A DNA stretch of 64,000 nucleotides from Eledone cirrhosa (GCA_964016885.1 OZ024740.1:358608001-358672000); one strand, 5' to 3'. Shown: positions 16,025 to 30,263, counted from the stretch's first letter. Numbers and translations: made by a program. Notes: generated by a model not told the origin, from the letters alone.

Positions 16025-16589
16025 AGAAAAGTCAGCGTAAGGGTCACACTACAGTCAAGCTAGAGGACGCCGCGAAAAATGTTATTCCAAAGAACCCATA
16101 TTTAAACAAAGGCATATATATGTGTGTCTGTATGGTCTAATGTGTGAACAGAAAATTGGAACGTTAACTTATGTTAAGACTTATGGGATGAAATTAAATT
16201 ATTAGAAAATTAATAGAAAATTAAAGTTTGTGTTGCTAGATTTATTTAATGAAATTACAGAGAGAGTCTTATATGAACAAGTTTAAGTGTATTATAGGGA
16301 ATCTCGATAAGTTATCAAGGTGGGATATAGAGTAAAGATAAAAGCCTTCGATTGTAAATCCCAGCCAGCACCTCCTAACCACGTGTCAGCCAGTTTCGAG
16401 TGGTATCGTCTAGCGAAATAAATGGAAATTAATTTTTCCGATACTCAAGGAACGTAACTGCGATAGGCTTCGGGTGTGCTAGCGGGAAGTCAACCAGCTT
16501 CTACAGGCCATCGTCTATACCAAACGAATACTATTAATTCACACAGGAGGGGTTTATTTACGTGTCAGCAGAAGAAGGCATGATACAGC

Positions 16590-17027
16590 TAAGTTACAGA
16601 GGGTACTTGCAGAAACATGACAACATACATAGGCGAGACACCTCGTAGCATAGGAGAAAGGATAGACCAACACTGGGGGGAATTAAAAGGACGAAAAAAC
16701 TGTTCCGTACTATACGAACACGCCAGACAACAACATGACGGTAACATAGACAACATAGAAATTAAAATAATATCTAAAAAAAGGAATGGAATAACAAAAA
16801 CACCCAAACAAACAATACTGACTTAAGAGAAATATAAATAAATAAATAAATAAATATATATATATACAAGTACAATAACAACAAACACATATAAACACAC
16901 ACTAGTAAACTAAGATAGAATGCAATAACCGAAACACAGTCACCCAAACGCGAACAGACGTATAACAATATTTGTTTCGACACATGATTTCATATAAAAA
17001 ACCTCGCAAAACAAATTCATCGCCGTC
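16590..17027 (+). mobile_element. PLE GIY-YIG endonuclease 3' fragment with terminal repeat
   Basis: CRNMTTYIGETPRSIGERIDQH...LYEHARQQH. Homologous to 25410-25700. Confidence 0.8.
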
Positions 17028-17084
17028 ATATATATATATATATATATACAATGATATTAAATAAATGGAAACTATATTTATAAA

Positions 17085-20000
17085 ACAATATTTATTCTAT
17101 TATATATATTACAAGGGTACCAAAACTTTGGTACGCTCTCATCAGATAAAATACAAAGTTTATTTTATAAATATTGACATAACCAAGAAAAAATATCTTA
17201 ACGGTTCAAGTTTTTCCTGGATAGTGAAGGAAAAGAAAAGAAAAGTAAGATATTTCAAATTATTAAGATGAGTATGCTAAGAAGCTTGAGGTATAGGGCT
17301 GAAAAAAAACACGTTATTTTTAGACGCTATGCAGAATTTAAATAATTAGGATATATGTATGTATGAGTAGGAAGAAAAAAAAGAAAGAAGAGCTTGTATT
17401 TACATTAATTTAAAAGGAATTAACAATTTGTAGGAATGGTGGATTATGATTCCAAAATTTAAAATTTATTTAGCTATATTATGAGTTATAATATTGTATA
17501 TATATAATCAATTAGATTATATGAAGAATTATGGTTGTAAGTAGATTTTATCTTATTACATTACAACAGGTTGTAAGTATATAAATATCTATATAGATTA
17601 ATAATTGTGCATGTATAAGTATTATAGAAATAGAAATAAGTTACAATTATTAGTTGTTTAGATTTCTCATATGAGTTACGAAGGCTGTTGATTCTGCATT
17701 TTACATAAAAAAACGCGTAGTTCAAATTGTAAGAGGAGAACAATTTGTAGATTCAAATATTTTGTTCCAACATTGTAAATGTTTTCAGAATATTGTTAAT
17801 TTAGCGAAGTTATATAGTTTATCATACATATATTATAATATAATGTTTATGTTTGCTCGATTGAAAAGGAAAAGATAACTCCAATCTTGTTTGCTAACCG
17901 TTAAATTTGATGAATGATTTACTCAGAAAATATATAGAGAAAATTATATATTATTTTGTGTGAGATTAATTTCAATTATATATTATTTTAGTCGAAAGAT
18001 GTGTGAAAGTTTGAAGATCAAAGAAGAGGAAAAAGGTAATGTGCATTTCGAAGAACTATCATAAAGAGGATAACTTACAGAATGTCAATTAAAGATTATC
18101 AATCTACGTCTAAAAAAATCCACGTCTAAAAAAAATATATTTAGAGGAGTATCATCTTGAAAATAATGTCAAATGGTAAAAATAGTAAAAATATTAAAAA
18201 TTAAGAAGGAAGATCATTTTAAAAATTTAAATTAAAATTTTTAAAGAAAATACTCAGTAAATAATAGGTTCATTTTAAAGGTGTATAAGATATAGTCAAG
18301 TGTAATGAATATCATAAATTAAAAATACTTCTGAAATTGGAATTTTGGCGATGTCTGCAACTAGAAAATAATTCTGTTTTAAGATTAATAGAGTTTTGAC
18401 AGTTAATTATATAAAAATTCCCCTCGATACACAAGTTACAGAACCTTGAGAAAGCCATATTTCGGTATGCAGGTGCTTTCGAAATCGTTCCCCAAGATAC
18501 TGAATAGTCTATATTGTTGTCTTTTAAATTCCAAATTAAATGTGAAAGTGAAGTGGAAGATTTTTATCGGATCTTAAATGTGTGTTTATGGTTATACCAG
18601 CGTTCTTTGAATTTTGTAGAAGTGGCACCAATATAGTTAAATATTTTGTCTCTAGTTTTAACTGTGCATTTATAAATTACATTTTTGTCTAAGCAATTAC
18701 TTTGTAAAGGGCAATTTGATTTAATTCTACAGTTACATTTTCTGGAGTTATTCGGAACGGTACTATTATTATGAATATTGTTATTAGAAATATTATTATT
18801 GCTATCTTGGTTTGTTTGGTTAGGGTTTACATTTAAGTTTCTATTATTAATTCTATTTATATTTTGTGCTATGTTCATAGTAGTAGAGTAGGATAGTTTT
18901 ATAGTGTGTCTGTTAAAAATAGAGTGGTATCTGTGGGCATTAGGAAAACATTTATCTAGTGCTTTAAAAAATAGCTTTGCTAAAGGTGTTTTAACGCTTA
19001 ATGAGAATGGGGGGAGAGTACCAAATAATATTTCTAGTTCTAGTTTTTTTGTTTGGTTTAGTATTTAAGTTAAATTGTTTATTGTTTTTCAATGAATTCT
19101 AGGATGATTTGTCATGTTATTGTTATCTATGTATTTAATTTTATTCGAGTATCCTGCTCTATGTAAAGCCTCATTGTAATATTCTACCTTATCATCAAAA
19201 CTATTTTTATTAACAGAGATGCGTGAAATCCGTTGTTGGACGCTATTGACAATAGTGTTTTTTATATTTCTAGGATGATTAGAATTGAAACTTACGTAAT
19301 TTAGATTTTCGTTAATTTTATGGAATGGATAGTAAAGACCTGTGCTAAGGTTTAAGGTTACATGTAATAAGTTAACGATTATTCTCGATTTCTAAATTAA
19401 GGTTGTAGTTGTTGAAAAATTGTATTATGAAATATCTTTTCCTATTAATTTCACTATTGCTATGGTTTTCAATTAAAAGTAACATATCGTCGCGATATAA
19501 ACCTCAGGTCATCTCTGGCATTTTCCTATGCAGTACATTATTAATAAATAATCCAACGAGGTCCGTTACTTGCGCGAAGTCAAATGATCCCATAGTGATA
19601 TCAAAATTGTTTTTTCTGTCGGCTCTTGTCCAGAGAAGATTATTAAATTCTATTAGAGTTTTACGTGCTGTTAGAATTATATTCATTTCTTCACTAGGTA
19701 GGTCTGTATGTTCAGAAGCGTAGATAAGTGCATTATTAAGTAAGCTACGAGTAATAGAGGAGGAGTAATTTGCAATATCCATTTGAATGAATTTTTTTCA
19801 TGTTTTAATTTTATGTTATTAAACCAGTCTATAACTTCATTAGTACCGTTCCATATTTTAAGGTGTGATTTTTCTTTAAGTAGTGGTATAATTCTATCTA
19901 ATGTATGCTTGCTAATTATGCCTAAGTCAGATTTAGATGGTGCGATGAGTCTGACTGGTAGTTCAATTTCAAAATTTCTTTTGTGGTCCTTCAGGTTAAT

Positions 20001-20530
20001 CTTCGGTTTTCTAGGTATAAAGGGTTCAGTCCTATTTTGAATGCCCAATTTATAAATAATTTCCGAAGCTTCCCTATTTAACGTTGAAAGATCTTCATTT
20101 GATGTCATTTTGTAGTTTTTCCTGAGTTCTTTCAATATAAGGTTATTATATTCGTCCTTTTCCATACTATATAAATTATTTGTTTTGTCAGATTTTACCA
20201 GGATCTTCTTTGTTTTTTCTAGGTTTTCTATTTTATTCTTGAGGCCTTTAAGGTACTTCTGGCTGATAAATTGGTTTCTTTTGAATTTAATGTTTTATAT
20301 AATAGAGATTACTTCATTTTCAAATTCGGCTAGTAGTTTGTTGCTAGGTGGATTCTTCTTTGATTTTATTTATTTATTTTGTCTTCCGATTTTTTATCAA
20401 CATGGAAAGCACGCCATCTAAGGCTTCGTATAAAGGAGTCATATTTCTATATGAGTTGTTTTAGATATTCCTTATTTTTAGGTAAGGGTACATCTTTTAG
20501 AGAAGAAGAAATCCTAAAGAATTCCATTAT
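17085..20530 (-). mobile_element. Penelope-like retroelement (RT + GIY-YIG), decayed, with pseudo-LTR
   Basis: RT region LKDHK..F....PVRLIAPSKSDLGIISK, DITMGSFDFAQVTDLVG, LYRDD. Endonuclease CNCRIKSNCPL..NC..KNVIYKC...YIGATSTKFKERWYNH and C-terminal CNLC...SCRH. Decayed HHR at 17096-17150. Confidence 0.88.
17096..17150 (-). ncRNA. Decayed hammerhead ribozyme (GAAA changed to GTAA)
   Basis: Minus strand reads ttat-CTGATGA-gagcgtaccaaa(gt)tttggtaccctt-GTAA-tatatata-atag. Confidence 0.5.
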
Positions 20531-20706
20531 TTTTGCAATCAGTTATAGTTTAAAGTGCTCAACAATAAATAGTATTACCACATTAAATATTATTACAACA
20601 TTAAATATTATTGCAACAATATAACACTCCCCAAGTATAACGATATTTGTTTCGACATACGATTTCATATCAAAAACGTTGCAAAACAAAAATATATATA
20701 TATATA

Positions 20707-21505
20707 CTAGCAGCAGTACCCAGAGTTGCCTGGGTAGGTAAAATAATATCTGATTTGATGAAAAGGTGTTGATCTTAGCGACTGCTTCTCAATGACTCAT
20801 CTATGGCCACACACAGGCCATGCGGGGGAGGGTGGTGATGACCTCTATCACTGAGAAACGCGGCTGACTGACGAAGGGGAATGCTGGGGGAGGTAGTTTT
20901 GAATTTGAACGAAATCGGTTGAAAAATGTGGGCGCTAGAGACGAAAAGGCGGAAATTTGAGCGAAAAGGTGGTATTATCGAATATTTAAGCAGCTGCCAC
21001 GCCATTCCTGAACAAAATCCAAAATGTGAAGCTATTTTAAGACGTGAAATAATCAGATCTAGCGTAGTGTAAAATTTGAACAAAGTAGGTTGATTAATGT
21101 GGGAGCTAGAGCCGAAAAAGTGGAAATTTGAGTCTAAAAGTGGTATTTTTGAATATTTAAGTGGCTGCCACGCCGTCCCTGAACAACAAATGTAAAATAT
21201 AAAGCCATTACAGGATGTGCAATGATACATTCTATTTAGCTTTAAAATTTGAACGAAATCAGTGGCAAAATGTGGGAGCTAGAGCCCAAAATCTTATTTT
21301 TTGATACCTAAAAAAAGGTGACACCCCTATCGATTTTTATCCTCAGAATAACCCCGTAATGAAAAAACGATACGCTGATATATAGAAAAGACTCCCCGAT
21401 GACTAATCTATGAGCCTGTAAAGTTTCATGAAAATCGGTCGTAAGATGTAGGCCCCTATAGGTAATACACAGACACACACACATACTTAATTTTATATAT
21501 ATACA
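20707..21505 (-). mobile_element. Non-autonomous Helitron with internal ~175-bp tandem subrepeats
   Basis: Minus-strand 3' end has hairpin acccagg(caac)tctgggt, 7 nt, then CTAG|T. aatttgaac...aatgtggg(c/a)gctagag repeats at ~20900, ~21075 and ~21248. The 5' end is tatataaaatt...(TG)n. Confidence 0.7.
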
Positions 21506-21752
21506 TACATATATATATAAATTTTCAATCACATAAATTTCCAATCACATATATTTTTATTTGTTTGACCCGAATTACTTGGTCGTTTTTTATGGCTGTG
21601 CGGATGATTGTTTAACCATCGTCTCAGTGTGTTTGGCCTTTAACGTATGTTGTAGTTCTGGTTCATCTGAATCATTGAGCGCTTGCCACACATCTCGGAA
21701 GTTGTTTTTCGTTAATTCCTAAGCCGAAATACGATTCTCGCTAATTTATATT

Positions 21753-21794
<42 letters not shown>

Positions 21795-21925
21795 AAAGTG
21801 AGGTTATTTTTACAAAATTAAAAATAACCGAGGTGTCCTACACGAGTGAAAGTATAAAGAAAAAAAGATGAAATCGAATATGCAACTGGAGTCTTATTTA
21901 AAAAAATATATATATATTTATTTGG

Positions 21926-21969
21926 TTCCTTTACCGGTTTCGCAGTTCTTCTGCTTTTCAAAAGTAGAA
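21926..21969 (-). ncRNA. Decayed hammerhead ribozyme
   Basis: Minus strand reads ctt-TTGAAAA-gcag(aagaa)ctgc-GAAAC-cg-GTA-aag. Two core substitutions relative to CTGAAGA. Confidence 0.4.
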
Positions 21970-22179
21970 TTGAGATGGAGGGTCTGTGGTTTTTCTCACA
22001 TCTGGTTGGTCTCTGAATGTTACTTGTTTTATATGGAAAAAGTGGCTCGAAATGCCAGGTTTTTCGAGAAGTAATTTGATTGGTTGGTCAATAATTATAA
22101 TAAATTTCGCGCCAGTTCGCGTTACAAAGTTCTTCAAACAAGGGGGGGGGGGTTGTCACAGGTTGTTTTTTCATGTGAG

Positions 22180-22494
22180 TGTTTGAATTACTTTTTACTT
22201 AAAAAAAGGGGGGGGACTCACGAAAGCTTTTTTTTAATAAACGTAATTTGATTGGTTATAAATGAAATTATGGTTGTCACGTGAACAAGTTTTCATTAAA
22301 TTTTCGCGCCCTTATTTGGAAATCCATTCTATAGCCTTTTTAGAGAATTTTATGACAAGTAAAAGATAATGGTCAAAAGAAATTTGATGGGAGAATTGTT
22401 CTGGTTCAGTGAATATGGTTAGTTCGCTGGGGTGTCAGAATTCAGATTTTCTATTGAATAAAGAAAGTAAAGCTATGTATGTTTATTTGTGTGC

Positions 22495-22561
<67 letters not shown>

Positions 22562-22775
22562 AATTTCTTTTTACTTAAAAAAAGGGGCTCACGAGGCTTT
22601 TTTTTTAATAAACGTAATTTGATTGGTTATAAATGAAATTATGGCTGTCACGTGAACAAGTTTTCATTAAATTTTCGCGCCCTTATTTGGAAATCTATTC
22701 TGTAGCCTTTTTAGAGAATTTCATGACAAGCAAAAGATAAAATGGTCAAGAGAAATGGGATGGCAGAATTGTTCT
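22180..22775. repeat. Direct duplication (~220 bp shared, ~375-bp spacing)
   Basis: tttttaataaacgtaatttgattggttataaatgaaattatgg...gataa at ~22230-22400 and ~22600-22775. Confidence 0.85.
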
Positions 22776-22936
22776 GGAGAGCTCAAGCCGTTTCCACAGC
22801 TATTTCTGGAAATAGCCGTCGAAACGGCTTGAGCTCTGTCGTCGGGGTCATACTTTTTCCTATTTCCCACTCTACTACCCTAAGTAGTGAGTACTCTAGT
22901 GCGTTATGGTCCATCTGGTTCCTTACCACAATTCCA

Positions 22937-22970
22937 TAAACTGATGCGTGCATATATGTATGTGTACCTG

Positions 22971-23032
<62 letters not shown>

Positions 23033-23460
23033 TGCTACTGTACGTCTGTATACATATATGTATGTACGTATACATACATACTTACATTTAAGTAAGTGCC
23101 ATACTAAGAGTGAGAAATGAAATTTCGTTTTCATTTTTTTCAACTTATCGTTTTCGGTATGCCTGACCGATTTAACTCACTCAATATGCAAATTAGGCTG
23201 CTCAGCCGTTAATTTTCATAAGGAAAGTATATACTTTCGAACGTTCAACTATCTGGCAGATGGGTATACGGTGGTGATGATAGCTAACAAGCTTGAAACT
23301 AGTACATCGTTCCTGTGTCAGTGTTGAACAAAAAGGTGACGTGGTTGCCTTAACACCGTATGGCATGAATTCAGGCTGTTCAGTTTGTTTACAAACGAAC
23401 AAAGCGGCGTTATAATAAGCGTCCGCTAAACTGATGCGTGCATATATGTATGTGTACCTG

Positions 23461-23502
<42 letters not shown>

Positions 23503-23580
23503 TGCTACTGTACGTCTGTATACACATATGTATGTACGTATACATACATACTTACATATATATATATATATATATATATA
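22937..23580 (+). mobile_element. Family A tandem (more than one unit) with HHR at 23268-23310 carrying a core C-to-G change
   Basis: taaactgatgcgtgcatata at 22937 and 23427. Core reads GTGATGA instead of CTGATGA. Confidence 0.85.
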
Positions 23581-24605
23581 TGTAGAGAGTGAGAGGGAGA
23601 GAGAGAGAAAGAGAGAGAGAAAGGGAGAGAGAGTCTGCGGTGTTGTGATCGGAGATAGCACAAATAAGAGAATACTCGATGCATGAGAAGATGCAGAGTG
23701 GGCATAGAGAAATGTATAAACACGAACGCGACGCCAAGCGGTTTCATCTTGTGTTCATCAAGTCTGGAAAAGGCTTGTTGAACCCAAGCTGAAACGGCTT
23801 GGAGTTATGGTCGGGTTTATACCTTTTCCTATAAATAAATATATTAATTCAGTTTCTTTTTTCATGAATTCCATTTGTGTTATTCGTTTTATGTTGATAT
23901 ATATTTTCGTTTGAAAATGATTCGAAACCATCTTGTTTGATTCTTAATTTTGTTTTCTCGCTATTCAATTTATATACTTCTCTGCGATGGCTGCACTCTA
24001 TTTCTCATTAACTTTGTTTGCATTCAATTCAGATTCACCGTTGCCCCCTGTTTAGTTTTCTATATCTTGTTTGATTTCTTGTGCCTGTGAAAAGAGTTTG
24101 GGTAGTGGGAGTATCTCACATTAAGATGCATTGAGACATTTTTAGTTGACTTTCAATAGTGGGAGCGGTAGGGAGGGTGTAACATTGTAAAGAAAATGTC
24201 ATATATGGAAAAGAATTTCATTATCATCATCGTTGTTGTTATTATTGTTGTTGTTGTTGTTTTGTTCGTCCGTTTGTCGGCACGTATTGCAGATCGCTCT
24301 CGTAAGTTTTTTGTTATATCTATTTTGTTGAACATTCGATATTCTTATATGTGATATGGTTACACTAACCAGCATCCTTGCGAACTGGTTTTATCTACCA
24401 GTAGGGAATAAATCTGTGTTTTACAAACACTTCGCTCAATTTTCTTTCACAATATGATTGCGGAAGGCAAGCGTTCCTTTGTTGGTTGGGGGTGGGTTGT
24501 CCAACAGAACAGCCAGCTGTCCATCAGCGTCACCACTACAAACAGCGCAATCCCCACCACCACCACCGCCAACAATAACAACAGTAACTGTGCCAACAAC
24601 AACAT

Positions 24606-24664
<59 letters not shown>
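24606..24664. repeat. (CTA)n microsatellite
   Basis: Direct reading. Confidence 0.95.
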
Positions 24665-24665
<1 letters not shown>

Positions 24666-24699
24666 TCCTCCACATAATTACTTCTTTGCTCATTTATTT

Positions 24700-24990
24700 C
24701 TGAGAGGGCCGTTGGGGACAGAGTCCCCAAACACTCCTTCCAGCGAGTTCTGTCAGAAGCAACCATCTCCAACTCCTCCGGCTAGATCTCCAAGCGAGAC
24801 CAGCCAAGCTCGTGGATTTTATCCAACCGTCTACCCCTGGGTCACTTACCGGCTGGTTTTGCCCGTAAAATCTATCCAGCGATTCTCCCTGAGACATTCT
24901 AACCATATGCCCATAATATCGGAGCTGTGATCTCTCAATTCAGAAAAGTAGCGGCTCTGCCTGGAGAGACTCCCCGATCTCTCAGTTATT
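24700..24990 (-). mobile_element. RTE-clade LINE 3' fragment
   Basis: Reverse-complement homolog of 6717-6990. Confidence 0.65.
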
Positions 24991-25059
24991 CACTCTATCG
25001 AATAACTCTATCTGAGTGTACAAGAGACCATGGCGAAATACAAGACCCTCATAGAGATA

Positions 25060-26142
25060 GACATGAAAAGGATTTGCTCGCTGCAGTGGAGAAAATCATG
25101 GAATAGCATAGATAGGACTAGGTAAAAGATAAGGAAGGCCACCTTATGGTACGACAACCAGAGATACCAGATTGTCATGTTGATGGATACAACCGCTGGA
25201 GGTGAAATAGCTAGTCGATTTAGAAAGGCTCTAAGAAAAACCTATTTAAATTTTAAAGTGGTAGAAAAGTCAGGAATTACCATAAAACTCCTGATCAGTA
25301 AAACTTACCCCTTTAAGAAAGCGCCCTGTACAAGTAAGAAATGTATAATATGTAGAGTATGTCTACAAATAAATTGTAAAACTAGAAACGTTGTATGTAG
25401 CATGAGATGTACAGAAGGTGTCTGCAGAAACGTGACAACGACGTACTCAGGAAAGGAAACCTGTAGCATAGGAAAGGGATAGAAGAACACTGAAGTGAAC
25501 TAAAAGGACAAAAATGAATCAGTTCAGTATTATATGAACACGCCAGACTAAAATATGATGGTAAAATGGACAACATAGAAGTTAAAATAATATCTAAACA
25601 TAGGAATGACTTCACAATTAGACAAATTAGGGAAGCTACAGAAATAGAATTAAGAAAACCTAGGCTGTACAGAAAACATGAATGAAATAACAACAACCAT
25701 ACACGAACACACTAGTTACCAACGGTAGAATATAAGCACATAAACACACACAAACTCAGACAAGAACACACGAGCACACGCCAAAGAGAATACATGCACA
25801 TAAACGTATGTGCAAACAGAGACAAAAACAAAACGTTATAGGAACACAACGGGAGGAAACACAACGATGACTGAAGATGTCACAGATATGTGTGACGAAA
25901 GAACTTTGAGAAACTATATTTATATTTATGTTTTTAACTGTTGCTCAGTCAATGATAAACGTTGATTGCCAGCTAAATTATTCATAGTTATATACAAATA
26001 TACTGATGTAAAAACCAAACCAAACAGTGAGTGTGTTTTACTATTTTTGGCAATATAGGACAACATGACCCTCCCCAAATATACCATCTATTTCTACTCA
26101 CGATTTCATATTAAAAACCTTGCAAAATAATTACATCGCCGC
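25060..26142 (+). mobile_element. PLE 3' fragment (GIY-YIG) plus pseudo-LTR with HHR-like motif at 25871-25910
   Basis: KVVEKSG...PF...C..KKCIIC..C...NCKTRNVV..MRC. CTGAAGA-t-gtcaca(gatatg)tgtgac-GAAA, homologous to 4730-4768. Confidence 0.8.
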
Positions 26143-27074
26143 AATCAATGTTCTTATAATGAGCGAAAGAAAAAAATTCAAATGAATTGCTAGAAATCTA
26201 AGATAATATATAAAGTCTGGATGTTGAAATGAGATATTCAAAATGTAAATTGGCTGATGGAACGAAAACAGTCAATTAATGTTGAAGTAGAATGATAAAA
26301 CTAGAGTTCGTTAGAAAGTGCAAGTGAACGTAGTTAATAAAACACAATTGCTAATAAGGATGGAAATAATGACGATTAACTTGATGTCGTGCTGATTATT
26401 TACTATACTATCATCAGGTGTTGCGCGAGAAGAAATGAAGATAATCAGCAAATTACACAAATGTTTAGTAGAAGCAAATGATATATTCACCATACAAATA
26501 TCTAATAAACACAATGTCTTTTGATTCCTTTAATTCAACAATCATTACTATCTACTTCCTTTTGTGTTACTGAGTTTTCAAATAAAAGATAAACATATAT
26601 ATACATATATATATAAAGCCCAAATATAGCCATGTTTCAAGTCCAATAAAGCATTTAAAGGAAAATATCGAGTTTAGTTTCGAAGCTAATTTAATCATGG
26701 TGGTTTTCTAGATCCAAACAAGATAATGATATTATGAGGTGTATGAAATGCCTAAAGTATGACGTGGGTGAAATATATTACTGATTGTCTCGAGTTAATA
26801 AGATAATATATTGTTATATATTTTAATCACATATGGAGTTTACAAACATTTAGGTAAACAATTATTTAGTGTCATTTACTTAAAAGAAGTAGAAATATGT
26901 TTACGGAAATGTGACTCTAATAAGGAGGGATTATATTCAAATTATTAGTTTTCGAATTGTAGTTTTAGATGATCTTTTATATTGTTTTTACTAGCAACAG
27001 TAAATAAGCTGCCATCTTGCTGAGCCCCATCCTCAAGGATTTAAACGTGCATATCTATCCCATTGGTTTTGTCT

Positions 27075-27250
27075 GTCTGGGATGGCAATCGATAAAGCGT
27101 CAGCCACCATGCTTTCCAGCCCTTTACTTTCTGTGTTCAAATCTCGCCGAGGTTAACTTTGGGTTTCATCCTTACGGGGGCGATAAAATAAAGCACCAGT
27201 AATGCACTGAGGTAAATGGTGGCCTTGTGCCAAAAAGCAGAAACAATTAT
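27075..27250 (+). mobile_element. SINE
   Basis: gttcaaatctcgccgaggttaactttgggtttcatccttacgggggcgataaaataaag. Confidence 0.75.
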
Positions 27251-27339
27251 CTCTCGAACCACTACAATACGAGACGTAAACAAGATAGACTACACTGGCC
27301 GTTAAGATCAGTCTAAACATAAACACAATCAAAAGCATG

Positions 27340-27462
<123 letters not shown>

Positions 27463-28688
27463 GTATATACAAATATGCATATATAATTGTGTGTGCGTGT
27501 GTGACTAAGTGTGCGTATGTGATGTTTTTGCATATGATGGGCTTCAACATAGTTTCCGTCTACGAAATTATATTCACAAAAGTGTTGTTTGACCTGAATC
27601 TATGATAAGGGATACTTGATCACACTGACATACATGCTGTGAGAACCCGACAACATCAAAGGCTGGACAGGTCATAAAACTGATACTCTTCTACACATGA
27701 TGGAGGATAGAGAACAGCGGCGATGGCTGATTGGGAAAGCGTCTAGAGTGACACCCCAACGACTGGCTGCACCAGTTGCGGGAACCTAATTGATTGATAG
27801 TGACGTAAGATGATGTGCCTGTAATGTCAGTGTTCACACACTTCCTACATGACGTGAAGAAAAACAAATATATATGGAATATAATCGGAGCTGTATTCAT
27901 TTCATAAGTAACTTTAATTAAGTTCGTATGCTGTAACTGAAACAATTACAGTATGGAAGAGCCAGAATAACAATTTAAAACACACCTAGTGTATTAGATG
28001 TTATACAGTCTTTATAATATATATTTCACCGTAAATCTACAACAAAAAAAAAAAATCAGAAATGTACATAGTTTAGCTTATGTAGATTTATAGAAATATA
28101 TCCCCCAAGAGGCAACTCTTTATATGGGGCTTGATCTGCTAGAGATAGCTGCCAAATATCCCTAAATATCATTCATCGTTTCAAAAAGGAAAGACATGTT
28201 CTTTAGCCTTTTAATTTGTTTTATTCATAAGGTTAAATTCTTGCTAGAGTTCCACTTTCAAAATTTACTATATTTCCGAAAGCAAGACGGGTCGCGGATA
28301 CGACTGCAACAACTTCAGTATTAGGTAATTTGCCAAACAACAAAAACAGTATTATATGTATTTTAAAGCGATACTAATTTATCAACTTTTAGTTTTAATT
28401 CATCATTTCATTAAAGGAAAATCGATAGTAAATGATTTTAATTAAATCAATTCCATTTCATTATTTGTGAATCAATATCAATTTTCAATTACAATGTGCA
28501 TATTATGAGATAATTAAGGAACATATATGAAATTTTAATCTTCCTTTTATATAGAGTAGTGTATTTTTGTCAAGCATATCATTCAATAGAGAGTCAGTTG
28601 CAAATATGAGTGATGGTAGCCTGGGAGCGATACTTTTAGAGAGCTATCTGGACAGACGTTATAGACAATTTTCAAAGTCATTAGTAGT

Positions 28689-29324
28689 CTAACCCTAAAC
28701 CTAACCCTAACCCTAACGCCAACCCTAACGCTAACCCTAACCCTAACCCAAACCCTAACCCTAACCCTAACCCTAAACCTAACCATAACCGTAACCCTAA
28801 CCCTAACCCTAACCCCAACCCTAACCCTAACACTAACCCTAACCCTAACCCTAACCCCAACCCCAACCCTAACCCTAACCCTAACCCTAACCCTAGCCCT
28901 AACTCTAACCCTAACCCAAACCCTAACCCTAACCCTAACGCCAACCCTAACCCTAACCCTAACGCCAAACCTAACGCTAACCCTAACCCTAACCCTAACC
29001 CTAACCCCAACCCCAACCCCAACCCTAACCTAACCCTAACACCCTACCCCTATTGGCTAACCCTAACCCCAACCCCAACCCTAACCCTAACCCTAACCCT
29101 AAACCTAACCCTAACGCAACCCTAACGCTAACCCTAACGCCAACCCTAACCCTAACGCTTACCCTAACCCTAACGCTAACCCTAACCCTAACCCTAACCC
29201 TAACCCCAACCCCCAACCCCAACCCTAACCCTAACCATAACCCTAAGCCTAACCCCAAACCCCAACACTAACCCTAACCCTAACCCTAACCCTAAGCCTA
29301 ACCCTAACCCTAACCCCAACCCTA
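28689..29324 (-). repeat. Interstitial telomeric-type array (TTAGGG)n with variant repeats
   Basis: About 105 hexamers of CCCTAA on the + strand, with CCCCAA, CGCTAA, CGCCAA, ACCTAA and GCCTAA variants. Confidence 0.95.
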
Positions 29325-29529
29325 TACAGTTGACTACAATCAGAGCTACAGTTGTCCGTTGTTGACCCTTGGTTTATCGTCAGCTTTACGCAAGTATACA
29401 GGTATGTGGTGAAAATTAAATTGGAAAATAGAAACATGTGATAAGTTTGGGACATTCATTGATCCACAGGATCTGATGATCCCGATCACCACAAGGATAT
29501 CTCGGAGCTGTACTCCCATTGAAGAAGCA

Positions 29530-29942
29530 GTAATAACTGTTTCTACATTTGGCAGAAGACGATCAATTTTAAGGGAAGGGAAAAGTCGAATAAATCTATC
29601 CTAGTGTGTTATCGGCCCCATAAGGTGAAAGGCAAAGCTAACATCGGCGAGTTTTGAACTCAGAACATAGAGGGCCGGAACTATATGCTGCAAAGCATGT
29701 TCTCCGACGCTCTACCAATACTACCATTCAGAACCGGTAATAATGATTTTTTGATTTAGACACGGCCAACAGTTTTGGGAGAGGGAAACATCGATTATAT
29801 CGACATCAGTGCATTACTGGTACTTTATTTTATTGACCTCGTAATGATGAAAGGCGAAGCTAACCCCAACGGGACTTGAATGTAAAGGACGTAATTATGT
29901 GGCAAAGTATGTTGTCCGATGCTCTACCAATACTGCCAATCC
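29530..29942 (-). mobile_element. Two adjacent diverged SINEs
   Basis: ttgaactcagaa...ctctaccaatact at ~29655-29725. ctggtactttattttattgacctcgtaatgatgaaaggc...ctaccaatactgcc at ~29817-29938. Confidence 0.7.
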
Positions 29943-30263
29943 ACACCCTAAGAAGCGGTAATAATAAAAACAGAAAGAAGAAGCAAGATAAGAAGGTGCT
30001 TAGATTAAAGACAAGTAAGAGACTGGAATATGTGCCCCTTCCCACTGACTGACTGCCCGTGATTCACTGTTACACAAACTGCCATTAGTCTGTGGGCTCT
30101 GCCAAACGATATGAAAGAAGACAAAACAGAAGCTGTTCTGACTGAGGAAAGAATAGGATTGAATTTGTAGAACATTTGGCAAAAAGAGTGTACAACATTA
30201 AAATAATATTAAAATAATATCTAAACATAGGAATGACTCGACAATTAGTCAAATTAGGGAGGA

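Noticed and set aside
23760-23805. ctggaaaa-ggcttg...caagct-gaaac as an HHR
   Set aside because: The core is too degenerate and there is no NUH triplet; at most an old relic.
27670-27845. Exon-like minus-strand segment after an acceptor-like tag
   Set aside because: Stops in the plausible frame and no recognisable homology.
29472-29500. CTGATGA next to the telomeric array
   Set aside because: No stem II plus GAAA follows.
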